Positions 7,578 to 14,162 of a stretch of DNA of 42,443 nt are shown in pieces (position 1 is the first letter of the stretch; every line of letters starts with the position of its first letter). The stretch comes from a virus. The notes under the pieces were generated by a model, which had not been told where the DNA came from, did not search any database, and saw only the letters and a list, made by a program, of their open reading frames with translations. The stretch is from positions 1 to 42,443 of the IMG/VR virus record IMGVR_UViG_3300045988_096068; one strand, 5' to 3'. The position numbers and the translations under genes were made by a program.

Positions 7578-7859
7578 CAGTGTATTTGCAAACCGCAGCT
7601 CGCTTTTCCGGCGGGCCAGATATTGCAGATACAGTTTTCCGTTTTGCGAGATTTTGTATGTGCCTTTCGGGCTGATTCCATTGGAACAGTCCGGCTCATA
7701 ATCGACCAGGCCCAAATCGCATAAACTTTTAAGCCTTGTCGGCCAATCGCCGGTATTCTCTACCGTTTTTTGCGAAAGCAGGCGCAGATCTTCCAGCTCT
7801 TCGGGAGACAGCACCAGCGTCGAAAAATCCGGGATGTCCGCATGGTCCACGATCCTCAT
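7521..7859 (-). CDS. Hypothetical protein with a C-terminal membrane anchor (112 aa), co-transcribed with the XRE regulator
   Basis: The start overlaps the upstream stop (ATGA-type coupling at 7856..7859). C-terminal TM segment LSVLALAVSIVALIVTIV. Confidence 0.6.
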   Translation of the reverse strand: MRIVDHADIPDFSTLVLSPEELEDLRLLSQKTVENTGDWPTRLKSLCDLGLVDYEPDCSNGISPKGTYKISQNGKLYLQYLARRKSELRFANTLSVLALAVSIVALIVTIVR

Positions 7860-8185
7860 CCTTCTTTCTTGCTGCTCTCCAACACGGCCAGCGCGGCGGC
7901 TTTGGCTGCTGCACGTGCTTCCGGTGTTGCACTCTTGTAAGCCACTTCAATGTCGGCCCATTCTCTTTCGAGCTCGCCTTGCCCGGCGGGCTCTTTTTTT
8001 GTGCCCATCAGCTCCTCGACCGAGATGCCAAAATAATCGGCGATCTTCTTGCGGTTTTTAACTTGCGGTAAAGCGCCGTTTTTCCAACTTGTCACAGCGG
8101 AACGCTTAAAGCCCAAATCTTCAACAACAACTGTCGGTGATTTTTCGATTTTCTCGCACTGATTTACAAAATTACGCCAAAACAA
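7856..8185 (-). CDS. XRE/Cro-CI-type HTH regulator (candidate lysogeny repressor)
   Basis: HTH region DLGFKRSAVTSWKNGALPQVKNRKKIADYFGISVEELMG. The track ORF extends to 8209, but AAGGAGGTGG lies inside it, so a TTG start at 8185 (or GTG at 8194) is more likely. Confidence 0.8.
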   Translation of the reverse strand: MFWRNFVNQCEKIEKSPTVVVEDLGFKRSAVTSWKNGALPQVKNRKKIADYFGISVEELMGTKKEPAGQGELEREWADIEVAYKSATPEARAAAKAAALAVLESSKKEG

Positions 8186-8219
8186 AAATACCACCTCCTT
8201 TTTGTTCAACTTGCCAAAT

Positions 8220-8276
8220 ATCGAACTTTGCGTTACTTTTTGAGTAAAAGTTCTTGAAAGTCCGTTAAAGTTCGAT
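8220..8276. promoter_or_regulatory. 10-bp inverted repeat ATCGAACTTT ... AAAGTTCGAT (candidate operator pair)
   Basis: Arms at 8220..8229 and 8267..8276. The right arm lies in the spacer of the rightward promoter, and the left arm is next to the repressor start. Confidence 0.4.
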
Positions 8277-8282
8277 TATAAT
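8254..8282 (+). promoter_or_regulatory. Near-consensus rightward (early lytic) promoter TTGAAA-17-TATAAT
   Basis: TTGAAA at 8254..8259, a 17-nt spacer, TATAAT at 8277..8282. It is divergent from the XRE repressor gene. Confidence 0.65.
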
Positions 8283-8288
8283 AGTACC

Positions 8289-8612
8289 GTACTCAAGAGC
8301 GAGTCCCTATCCCAGACCGCTTGAGTGCTCATGGGTTCTTCCTGAATGCTGCTTTGCGTTTCAGATGATGCCCCCTACCGCGCGACGGGCCTCAGCCATA
8401 GACCCGAAACGACCGCAAAAACGCCGTACCTCGTTTTTGCGTATACCGCCCCCATCTTGACCGTGGGGGACGGTCACACATTGCCGAGATTTTGGGCGCA
8501 TGTGATCGAGTGTAATTGATTCCGCAAATCTATTATAACCCGATTGCACCCGCTTGGCAATGTTTTTTGTGGTCAAAATACGAACAATTATTCACAGGTG
8601 AGGTGGAAAAAA
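8289..8612 (+). other. About 320-nt hairpin-rich untranslated leader between the early promoter and the Cro-like gene
   Basis: No RBS-preceded ORF. Stems include ACTCAAGAGCG/CGCTTGAGT, CGCAAAAACG/CGTTTTTGCG (8414..8441) and CCGCCCCCA/TGGGGGACGG (8446..8473). Confidence 0.35.
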
Positions 8613-8804
8613 ATGCAGACAACCGTTACGCCGGAGTGGGAATGCGAGGTCCGGAAGCGGATGAAGATTCTCGGCGTGAAGAATTACACCGTTTTGGCCG
8701 AGAAGACCGGATACAGCGAGAGCACCGTCCGGAAATACATGTGCGGCTGTTATACCAACGACAACCCCCGCGTGGGAATCGAGCAGGCGCTTGGGATGAG
8801 GTGA
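8613..8804 (+). CDS. Small HTH protein, Cro-like / early regulator (63 aa)
   Basis: ATG 8613 follows AGGTGAGGTGG. The HTH-like region is NYTVLAEKTGYSESTVRKYM. It is the first gene of the rightward operon. Confidence 0.65.
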   Translation: MQTTVTPEWECEVRKRMKILGVKNYTVLAEKTGYSESTVRKYMCGCYTNDNPRVGIEQALGMR

Positions 8805-8808
8805 CAAA

Positions 8809-8985
8809 ATGGCAAGGAGTGCAATATTTGCCTGTTTTATGTGTTTTGTCGCGGGCGGATGCCTCGGCATCTTTGTGATCGTGGGTGCTTCCCGCCCCCA
8901 GAAGAAGGTTTTGCTGGGCTGGGTCGCCTATCTGCTTGTGGTTCTGGCCCTGGCTTATCGAATCGGAGGTGCATTGCTGTTATGA
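8809..8985 (+). CDS. Hypothetical small two-TM membrane protein (58 aa)
   Basis: Below the track threshold. ATG 8809, TGA 8983..8985. Two hydrophobic segments. Confidence 0.45.
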   Translation: MARSAIFACFMCFVAGGCLGIFVIVGASRPQKKVLLGWVAYLLVVLALAYRIGGALLL

Positions 8986-9194
8986 CCTGTTACATTTTTG
9001 CGGACCTGTTGGTCCTGCTGGGGCGCGATGCTTATCACGCCCAGATGACCGAGACGCTGTTCCTGCTGTTCCTGCTGGCACCGATCGTGGCCGGTGCGCC
9101 GTACCTGCTGGCCCGGTGGGACGCATACAAGCGCGCTGACAACGCCCGGCGGCGGGCGGCGCAGCGGCGGCGGATGGAAAGGATGGCGAAGTGA
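8982..9194 (+). CDS. Hypothetical small membrane protein with an Arg-rich tail (70 aa)
   Basis: ATG 8982 overlaps the previous stop (ATGA). GGAGGT lies 11 nt upstream. TM segment LFLLFLLAPIVAGAPYLL. Confidence 0.5.
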   Translation: MTCYIFADLLVLLGRDAYHAQMTETLFLLFLLAPIVAGAPYLLARWDAYKRADNARRRAAQRRRMERMAK

Positions 9195-9195
9195 T

Positions 9196-9537
9196 ATGGG
9201 CGCTCCAGGAAGATACACCCGCATCTGCGAGGACTGCGGGGTCGTGATGGAGAATGTTGGTGCAACGCGCCGGTTCTGCCCGGGGTGTCTGGCCAAGCGC
9301 AGCGCGGAGAAGGCGCGCAACGCCGACCGCGCCAAGCGGGCCGAATGGAAAGAGTGGGAGGCTCAGAGGAGAGTTGAGCAGGAACTTCGAAAGGCGTTCC
9401 CGCATCCGCAGAAGCCGACCGCAGAGAACAGCATCCAGGCTGTCAATGCCCGCGCGGAAGCGGCTGGCCGCTCCTACGGCCAGCAGGTGCTATTTGAACG
9501 CAGACAGAAGGAGTTGAAAGACCGTGGCGAAATCTAG
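9196..9537 (+). CDS. Zinc-ribbon protein with a basic coiled-coil tail (113 aa)
   Basis: CEDCG...CPGC motif, followed by a Lys/Arg/Glu-rich helix. ATG 9196 is an internal Met of track ORF 9094..9537. Confidence 0.6.
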   Translation: MGAPGRYTRICEDCGVVMENVGATRRFCPGCLAKRSAEKARNADRAKRAEWKEWEAQRRVEQELRKAFPHPQKPTAENSIQAVNARAEAAGRSYGQQVLFERRQKELKDRGEI

Positions 9538-9760
9538 CCGAACCGAAGCGTGGCACGACAGCTACAAGGCCATTTTTGGCCGGTATGGCTGCATCCGGCT
9601 GACACTGGAGCAGGTCAGCGTGTGCATGGGGATCCCGGCTCGGTATGTGCGCAAGCGCTACCCGGACGGCTGGGCCAACATGTCCGGCGGCGAGGGCAGG
9701 GGCAAGGGAAACACCATCCGGCTCGATGTCTTACTTGACCAGGAATTTGGAGTGTATTGA
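9524..9760 (+). CDS. Hypothetical small protein, possibly HTH/excisionase-like (78 aa)
   Basis: GTG start in the track. LTLEQVSVCMGIPARYVRKRY resembles MerR/Xis-type HTH. The assignment is weak. Confidence 0.4.
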   Translation: MAKSSRTEAWHDSYKAIFGRYGCIRLTLEQVSVCMGIPARYVRKRYPDGWANMSGGEGRGKGNTIRLDVLLDQEFGVY

Positions 9761-9773
9761 TGGAGGACAAAAA

Positions 9774-10100
9774 ATGGAAGCAACGAACCCTGTGATGACG
9801 AACGATCTTTCCCCGGCGGGTGATCCGCTCAGGCCGCTCGGCCCGGAAATGATCTCCCAGATGGTCAAGGACAGCGTGGAGCGCGGCCAGCCCAACCGGG
9901 AGCTGTCCACGGCGAGCAGATACCTTCTGCTGGCCGCAACGAATATTTGCGAAGAGGCATTCCGGAACGTTTCCGGCTTCCTGGACCACTTCCAGAGCGA
10001 CGAGGCCGAGTATTGGGCGCTGGACGCAAAAAAAGCTATGGATCAGACCCACCGTGTGCTCAACGTCCTCGCCGAGATCGAGGGGCTGGATATCCCCTGA
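9774..10100 (+). CDS. Hypothetical protein (108 aa)
   Basis: ATG 9774 follows GGAGGA. It is in frame within track ORF 9645..10100. Confidence 0.6.
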   Translation: MEATNPVMTNDLSPAGDPLRPLGPEMISQMVKDSVERGQPNRELSTASRYLLLAATNICEEAFRNVSGFLDHFQSDEAEYWALDAKKAMDQTHRVLNVLAEIEGLDIP

Positions 10101-10113
10101 CCCATCCCCACCA

Positions 10114-10175
10114 CTGGCGGCAGGTGGTAAAACAAGAGCCGCTGCCAGCGCGAAAGCGTAAAATAGTTTGAAACA
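10114..10175 (+). repeat. Structured intergenic element, copy 1 (hairpin plus GCGAAAGC GNRA-type hairpin)
   Basis: About 75-80% identical to 10797..10859. CTGGCGGC/GCCGCTGCCAG stem, then GCGAAAGC. Confidence 0.6.
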
Positions 10176-10196
10176 TAAAAATGGAGGTACTGCATC

Positions 10197-10568
10197 ATGG
10201 AGAAAGACAAAATCATTGTTGACGGAGTGGAATATGTTCGTGCTGACAGCATCCAGAGCAACGCTCTGGCGACCGAACTTGATGGGATGCCCTACTGCAT
10301 GGTCCGCACTTACAGCGCTGGTGTATTTTCTGGGTATCTTGAGAGCCGCGAGGGCAAGGAGGCAACCCTTCGCAATGCTCGCCGAATCTGGTATTGGGAT
10401 GGCGCTGCAACTTTGTCTCAGCTGGCCACGGATGGAACCAGCAAGCCGGAAAACTGCAAGTTCCCGTGCCCGGTTGATTGTGTGATGCTGACCGAAGTGA
10501 TCGAAATCATTCCCATCACCAAAAGGGCTAAAAAGAGTATTGAGGAGGTTGCCGTATGGGAAATGTAA
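10197..10568 (+). CDS. Conserved phage protein of unknown function (123 aa; RTYSAGVF...ARRIWYWDGAATLSQLA motif)
   Basis: RBS GGAGGT. The motif resembles an uncharacterised family common in Firmicutes phages (from memory). Confidence 0.7.
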   Translation: MEKDKIIVDGVEYVRADSIQSNALATELDGMPYCMVRTYSAGVFSGYLESREGKEATLRNARRIWYWDGAATLSQLATDGTSKPENCKFPCPVDCVMLTEVIEIIPITKRAKKSIEEVAVWEM

Positions 10569-10783
10569 TTAACGTCTATGGAAACGGCTCCGGCAATGGC
10601 TCCGGCTACGGCTCCATCTACGGCAACGGCTCCGGATGCGGCTGCGACGAAGGCTACGGTTCCGGCTCCGACCGCGGCTACGGCTCCGGCAATGGCTCTG
10701 GCTACGGCTCCATCTACGGCTCCGGCAATGGCTCCGGCTTTGGCGACGGCAACGGCAACGGCTCCGGATGCGGCTGCGGCTGA
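10556..10783 (+). CDS. Low-complexity Gly/Ser/Asn/Tyr/Cys-rich protein (75 aa) with an internal duplication
   Basis: GSGNGSGYGSIYG and NGSGCGC blocks each occur twice, with DNA repeats starting at 10585 and 10681. It overlaps the upstream gene by 13 nt. The long antisense ORF here is a shadow. Confidence 0.5.
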   Translation: MGNVINVYGNGSGNGSGYGSIYGNGSGCGCDEGYGSGSDRGYGSGNGSGYGSIYGSGNGSGFGDGNGNGSGCGCG

Positions 10784-10796
10784 TTTATACAACTCC

Positions 10797-10859
10797 AATG
10801 ATGGCAGGAGGGTAAATAAAAGCCATTGCCAGTGCGAAAGCGCAAAATATTTTTAGAAA
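10797..10859 (+). repeat. Structured intergenic element, copy 2
   Basis: Aligns with 10114..10175. The first stem changes compensatorily (ATGGC/GCCAT versus GCGGC/GCCGC), and the GCGAAAGC hairpin is conserved. Confidence 0.6.
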
Positions 10860-10872
10860 CGAGGTATTGAAA

Positions 10873-11157
10873 ATGAGCTGTGAAAAATGCAGATCGAACG
10901 AACATCACACGTTCCGGCGCGAGTATAGCCGCGACGCCAAGGAGATGGGCCGGGCCATGTACAACATGTTGCTGAACGGCCCGCTGGACAAGTCGCGGGC
11001 GGTCCTCACCGTGCAGGAAACGCGGGACGCCTGCTCCTATTGCCGCTCTCTGGTCGAGAAGGACATCCGGCTGTTGGTGTACTCCTACAACCCGGATGCT
11101 CCTGCTGACGCGGATGACGTTGTGCACGAACCCACGGTCGGCGAAGTGACGCTCTGA
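10873..11157 (+). CDS. Hypothetical protein with CxxC...CxxC (94 aa)
   Basis: ATG 10873 lies 8 nt after GAGG, in frame with track ORF 10867..11157. Confidence 0.6.
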   Translation: MSCEKCRSNEHHTFRREYSRDAKEMGRAMYNMLLNGPLDKSRAVLTVQETRDACSYCRSLVEKDIRLLVYSYNPDAPADADDVVHEPTVGEVTL

Positions 11158-11170
11158 AAGGACGGTCAAG

Positions 11171-11779
11171 ATGCCAACAAAATCTAACTCCCGGCGGCGT
11201 GGGCCGTCTGCGGGCGTTTCTGGCGGGGTTTTGTCTGAGCCTATCAGTTTCCCGGTCAAGGGCCCGAAAGCCCGCGAGATCAAGCCGGAGGAGTGCGTGG
11301 TGCGCGTTATTGCTGCCTGCGAGGATGGAATCCGCGTTGTGGTGCTCCCGAAGGAGTCTGCCGTGCGGGACATCCTCAACGAGACATACGGCCCGCTGGG
11401 CTGGGGCGACTCGTACTACTACACCAAAAATTGGTGGAGATGCCAGCTCGAAGTGCTCTCCCCTGTCAATGGTCTTCCGGTGCGGAAGGACGCTGGGCCG
11501 ATGTGCCTGCCCTCCGCCGATGTGGACCGGATGCAGGAAAACACCAGCTTTCTCCGCGCGGCGGCACTGTTCGGCGTCGCGGAGGACGTGATGGACCTGA
11601 AGCCCATCGCCCTGAAGAGCGAGCAGGTCCCGGTGGTGAAGGACCAGCACGGCGTATGGCGCGCGGCGGAAAAGCTCACGGTGGACCGTTTTGCCCGCGC
11701 TGAAGACGGACACATCCACATGGTGCAGTTTGCACTGGCCAGCGGGAAGAAAGTCTTATGGGACGAGGCGACGTTGTAG
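11171..11779 (+). CDS. Putative Rad52/Sak-like single-strand annealing protein
   Basis: LNETYGPLGWG and SFLRAAALFGV resemble the conserved Rad52/Sak motifs (LdevfGpfGW, KRAAvqFGIG). It sits beside NinB and SSB. The family call is from memory. Confidence 0.55.
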   Translation: MPTKSNSRRRGPSAGVSGGVLSEPISFPVKGPKAREIKPEECVVRVIAACEDGIRVVVLPKESAVRDILNETYGPLGWGDSYYYTKNWWRCQLEVLSPVNGLPVRKDAGPMCLPSADVDRMQENTSFLRAAALFGVAEDVMDLKPIALKSEQVPVVKDQHGVWRAAEKLTVDRFARAEDGHIHMVQFALASGKKVLWDEATL

Positions 11780-12312
11780 GAAGCCTCCCGGTCGTCTATG
11801 ACCCAGCCCGGCAGCAGATCGTTGTGGAAAACTCGGCGGAATTTGTGAAAACACAGATCCGCCAAAAGCTGGACGATCTGGCACATGGCTCTCCGCTGCG
11901 GCTGACGCTCACCGTGGAGCGGCAGCGAAAAAAACGCTCGCTGGAACAGAACCGCATGATGTGGGCGCTGCTCACCATTATGGCTGACACGTACAACGCT
12001 GGGAAAGCTGGCGGCACCACCCCGGAAGCCTGCTATATCGAGATGCTCGAAGAATACGGCCTCGAATATGATTTTCTGGAGCTTCCGGTGGCCGCTGTGC
12101 CCATCCTGCGCAAGGCATACCGGCTGGTATCCGTGGTAGAGCTGCTGGACAACGACCGCTGCACTGTCAAGGCGTCGATGGGTTCCAGCAGCTTTTCCAC
12201 CGCTCAGATGACGGCCTTTATCGACGGCATTTTTGACCGTCTGGCCGAGATGGACGTCAACGACCCGAATGTGACACGATATTGGCAGGAATGGCAGGAG
12301 GTGCCGAGATGA
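11758..12312 (+). CDS. ninB: NinB/Orf-family recombination mediator
   Basis: RSLEQNRMMWALL matches the RSLDQNRKLWACL signature of lambda NinB. Recombination-module context. Confidence 0.75.
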   Translation: MGRGDVVGSLPVVYDPARQQIVVENSAEFVKTQIRQKLDDLAHGSPLRLTLTVERQRKKRSLEQNRMMWALLTIMADTYNAGKAGGTTPEACYIEMLEEYGLEYDFLELPVAAVPILRKAYRLVSVVELLDNDRCTVKASMGSSSFSTAQMTAFIDGIFDRLAEMDVNDPNVTRYWQEWQEVPR

Positions 12313-12485
12313 CCAAAAAGCGTTTAATCAAGCTTTTGATGGGCGATTTTGGCTTGCCCAAGCGGGTTGCAACCCAAAAAGCTATCCTTGCAAATCAAAA
12401 TCACATTCCCTACGAAAAAGTATATTATTATTTTTTTGAGTATCGGCGGTATATAAATTTTGAGGCGTTGAGATATGGCAAATAG
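12309..12485 (+). CDS. Hypothetical small protein (58 aa)
   Basis: ATG 12309 follows AGGAGGTG and overlaps the ninB stop. AT-richer 3' half. Confidence 0.5.
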   Translation: MTKKRLIKLLMGDFGLPKRVATQKAILANQNHIPYEKVYYYFFEYRRYINFEALRYGK

Positions 12486-12786
12486 CATCATGCAGACCCG
12501 GCGGGAGTGTTATGTCTGCCGGATGAAGTACAACGTGTCCACCGTGGACATGCTGGAAGAGCACCATGTGCTCAACGGCCCGCTGCGGCCAGTGGCCGAA
12601 AAGTATGGCCTGAAGGTCTGGCTGTGTCACCGGCACCACAACGAGCCGGGATACAGTGCCCATTTTGACCACCACCTTCGACTCGACCTCAAAAAGCAGG
12701 CCCAGCAGGATTTTGAGGACCTCTATGGGCACAACCGCTGGATGGCGGAAATCGGAAAGGACTATCTGAAATGCTCAACATTGTAG
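12475..12786 (+). CDS. Zinc-binding His/Cys-rich phage protein (putative HNH-like nuclease or resolvase-associated protein)
   Basis: CYVC...EEHHVLNGPLRPVAEKYGLKVWLCHRHHN. This pattern recurs in Firmicutes phage recombination modules, but I do not know its function. Confidence 0.5.
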   Translation: MANSIMQTRRECYVCRMKYNVSTVDMLEEHHVLNGPLRPVAEKYGLKVWLCHRHHNEPGYSAHFDHHLRLDLKKQAQQDFEDLYGHNRWMAEIGKDYLKCSTL

Positions 12787-13226
12787 CGATCATGGGGCGG
12801 CTCGTCGCAGATCCTGAACTGCGCACCACCGCAAATGGCACCAACGTGTGCAGCTTCCGTATCGCCTGCGACCGGAACTTTGTCTCTCAGGGGCAGGAAC
12901 GGCAGGCGGATTTTATCGACATCGTGGTCTGGCGGCAGGCGGCTGATTTTGTCTGTAAGTATTTCCAGAAAGGCAGCATGATCGCCGTGGACGGCGCATT
13001 GCAGAGCCGGAATTACAAGGACAAGCAGGGCAACAGCCGAACGGCTGTGGAGGTCGTGGCGAACCATATCAGCTTTGCCGGGCCCAGCAAGAAGCCCGGC
13101 GGGCAGGCCGTGGATGACGGCGGCGAAGCACCGCCCAAAGGCTACCGAGAGCCCGCACCAGCATATTCTCAAGGCTCCTCTGATGATTTCGCTGTGATCG
13201 ACGACAATGATGACCTGCCGTTCTGA
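12771..13226 (+). CDS. ssb: Single-stranded DNA-binding protein
   Basis: OB-fold N-terminus MLNIVAIMGRLVADPELRTTANGTNVCSFRIA, a Gly/Pro-rich linker and the acidic tail DDNDDLPF. Confidence 0.95.
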   Translation: MLNIVAIMGRLVADPELRTTANGTNVCSFRIACDRNFVSQGQERQADFIDIVVWRQAADFVCKYFQKGSMIAVDGALQSRNYKDKQGNSRTAVEVVANHISFAGPSKKPGGQAVDDGGEAPPKGYREPAPAYSQGSSDDFAVIDDNDDLPF

Positions 13227-13233
13227 CCCTCTT

Positions 13234-13243
13234 GGGGGGGGGG
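13234..13243 (+). repeat. G10 homopolymer between the ssb stop and the replication-initiator start
   Basis: CTTGGGGGGGGGGTAACTTGTG. The run sits where the SD of the GTG 13250 start should be. Confidence 0.9.
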
Positions 13244-13249
13244 TAACTT

Positions 13250-14140
13250 GTGAAAAACACTACTAAAAAACAGAGCTATATTATGATCCTCGACTGGATG
13301 GTCGATAAGTACAAGCTCAAGGGCAACGAGCTGCTGGCCTACGCGCTGATCTATGGATTCAGCCAGGATGGCGAGAGCGAGTACAAGGGCAGCTTCAGCT
13401 ATCTTTCCCGGTGGTTGGGCGCCGACCGTGCAACAATAATCCGGGTGCTCAAGCGGCTGGAAAGCAAAGGCCTGCTCACAAAACGGCAGGAACTTGTGGC
13501 CGGTCAGATGGTCAACCGGTACGTTGCCGAGGTCCCCGAAGAGGTCCAGAAGACGGTCGAAAGCAAGGACGATGCACCCGAAAATCCGGCGGAATCTCAC
13601 CCGCCTGACCAGTGGCAAAACGCCACTAGTCGCAAAATGCCACTAGTGGCAAAATGCGACGGGGACCAGTGGCAAAACGCCACGGGGGGTAGTGGCAAAA
13701 CGCCACCCAGTAATACTACTGGGTATACTACTGGGTATACTACTCCTTCGTGCGCGCGAGGCGCACAAGGGGGCGAACCTACCCCGAAGGATGTTTTCGC
13801 GGAGTATGCCGGAACGGACAAGCCTCTGCTGGAGGCTCTGACCCGGTTCGACGCATACCGGGCATCCCGGCGGGGCAAGGCATGGGACGCCCAGGCTGCA
13901 CGAGCTGTGTGTGACAAGCTCACCCAGCTGGCGGATGAATCAAAAACAACAAAACGCACAGAGTACATGATCGCCAGCATCATGCAGAGCATCGAGGCTG
14001 GATGGAGTGTCCTGGATCACCCGAAGAGCTGGGGCGGCGCACCGAAGCTGAGAAAGACAGTGGACCGGCCCGAACCCAGCGGGAACGATTTTTTGAAAAA
14101 CGCTGCACACCGGCGGTCACTCGCCCGGAAGTGCGGATAG
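13250..14140 (+). CDS. Replication initiator / replisome-organiser-like protein (N-terminal winged HTH) containing the origin iterons
   Basis: The N-terminal region LAYALIYGFS...SFSYLSRWLGADRATIIRVLKRLESKGLL is wHTH-like. It has an internal iteron array, as in lambda O-type initiators. The GTG start is uncertain. Confidence 0.7.
   Translation: MKNTTKKQSYIMILDWMVDKYKLKGNELLAYALIYGFSQDGESEYKGSFSYLSRWLGADRATIIRVLKRLESKGLLTKRQELVAGQMVNRYVAEVPEEVQKTVESKDDAPENPAESHPPDQWQNATSRKMPLVAKCDGDQWQNATGGSGKTPPSNTTGYTTGYTTPSCARGAQGGEPTPKDVFAEYAGTDKPLLEALTRFDAYRASRRGKAWDAQAARAVCDKLTQLADESKTTKRTEYMIASIMQSIEAGWSVLDHPKSWGGAPKLRKTVDRPEPSGNDFLKNAAHRRSLARKCG
13611..13706 (+). repeat. Five iterons AGTGGCAAAACGCCAC (candidate origin of replication)
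   Basis: Copies at 13611, 13628, 13645, 13668 and 13691, spaced 17, 17, 23 and 23 nt. Each contains the inverted GTGGC..GCCAC. Confidence 0.75.
13713..13744 (+). repeat. 2.7 tandem copies of the 12-bp unit ATACTACTGGGT next to the iterons
   Basis: Read directly. It encodes the TGYTTGYTT stretch of the initiator. Confidence 0.8.
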
Positions 14141-14162
14141 AACAAAAACGGAGGAACCCACA

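Noticed and set aside
8340-8420. Hammerhead-ribozyme-like fragments (CAGATGA ... CGAAAC)
   Set aside because: The core has A where the invariant U4 should be, and GAAA does not follow stem II directly. The geometry does not fit.
8361-8576. 71-aa minus-strand ORF in the switch-region leader
   Set aside because: It has a TTG start, no RBS and an implausible sequence. The region is better explained as a structured + strand leader.
9094-9195. N-terminal extension of the zinc-ribbon ORF (track start 9094), and the other long overlapping ORFs at 8841..9537
   Set aside because: The extensions overlap the upstream small genes in other frames and lack RBSs. The internal ATG 9196, directly after the upstream stop, is the better start.
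10556-10783. Microcin B17-like TOMM precursor
   Set aside because: The only similarity is compositional. No cyclodehydratase, dehydrogenase or export genes are present in the genome.
10418-10798. 126-aa Ala/Gly/Val-rich minus-strand ORF
   Set aside because: It is the reverse-complement reading of the GGC/TCC-rich repeat of the + strand Gly-rich ORF. The + strand ORF fits the operon and is coupled to the upstream gene.
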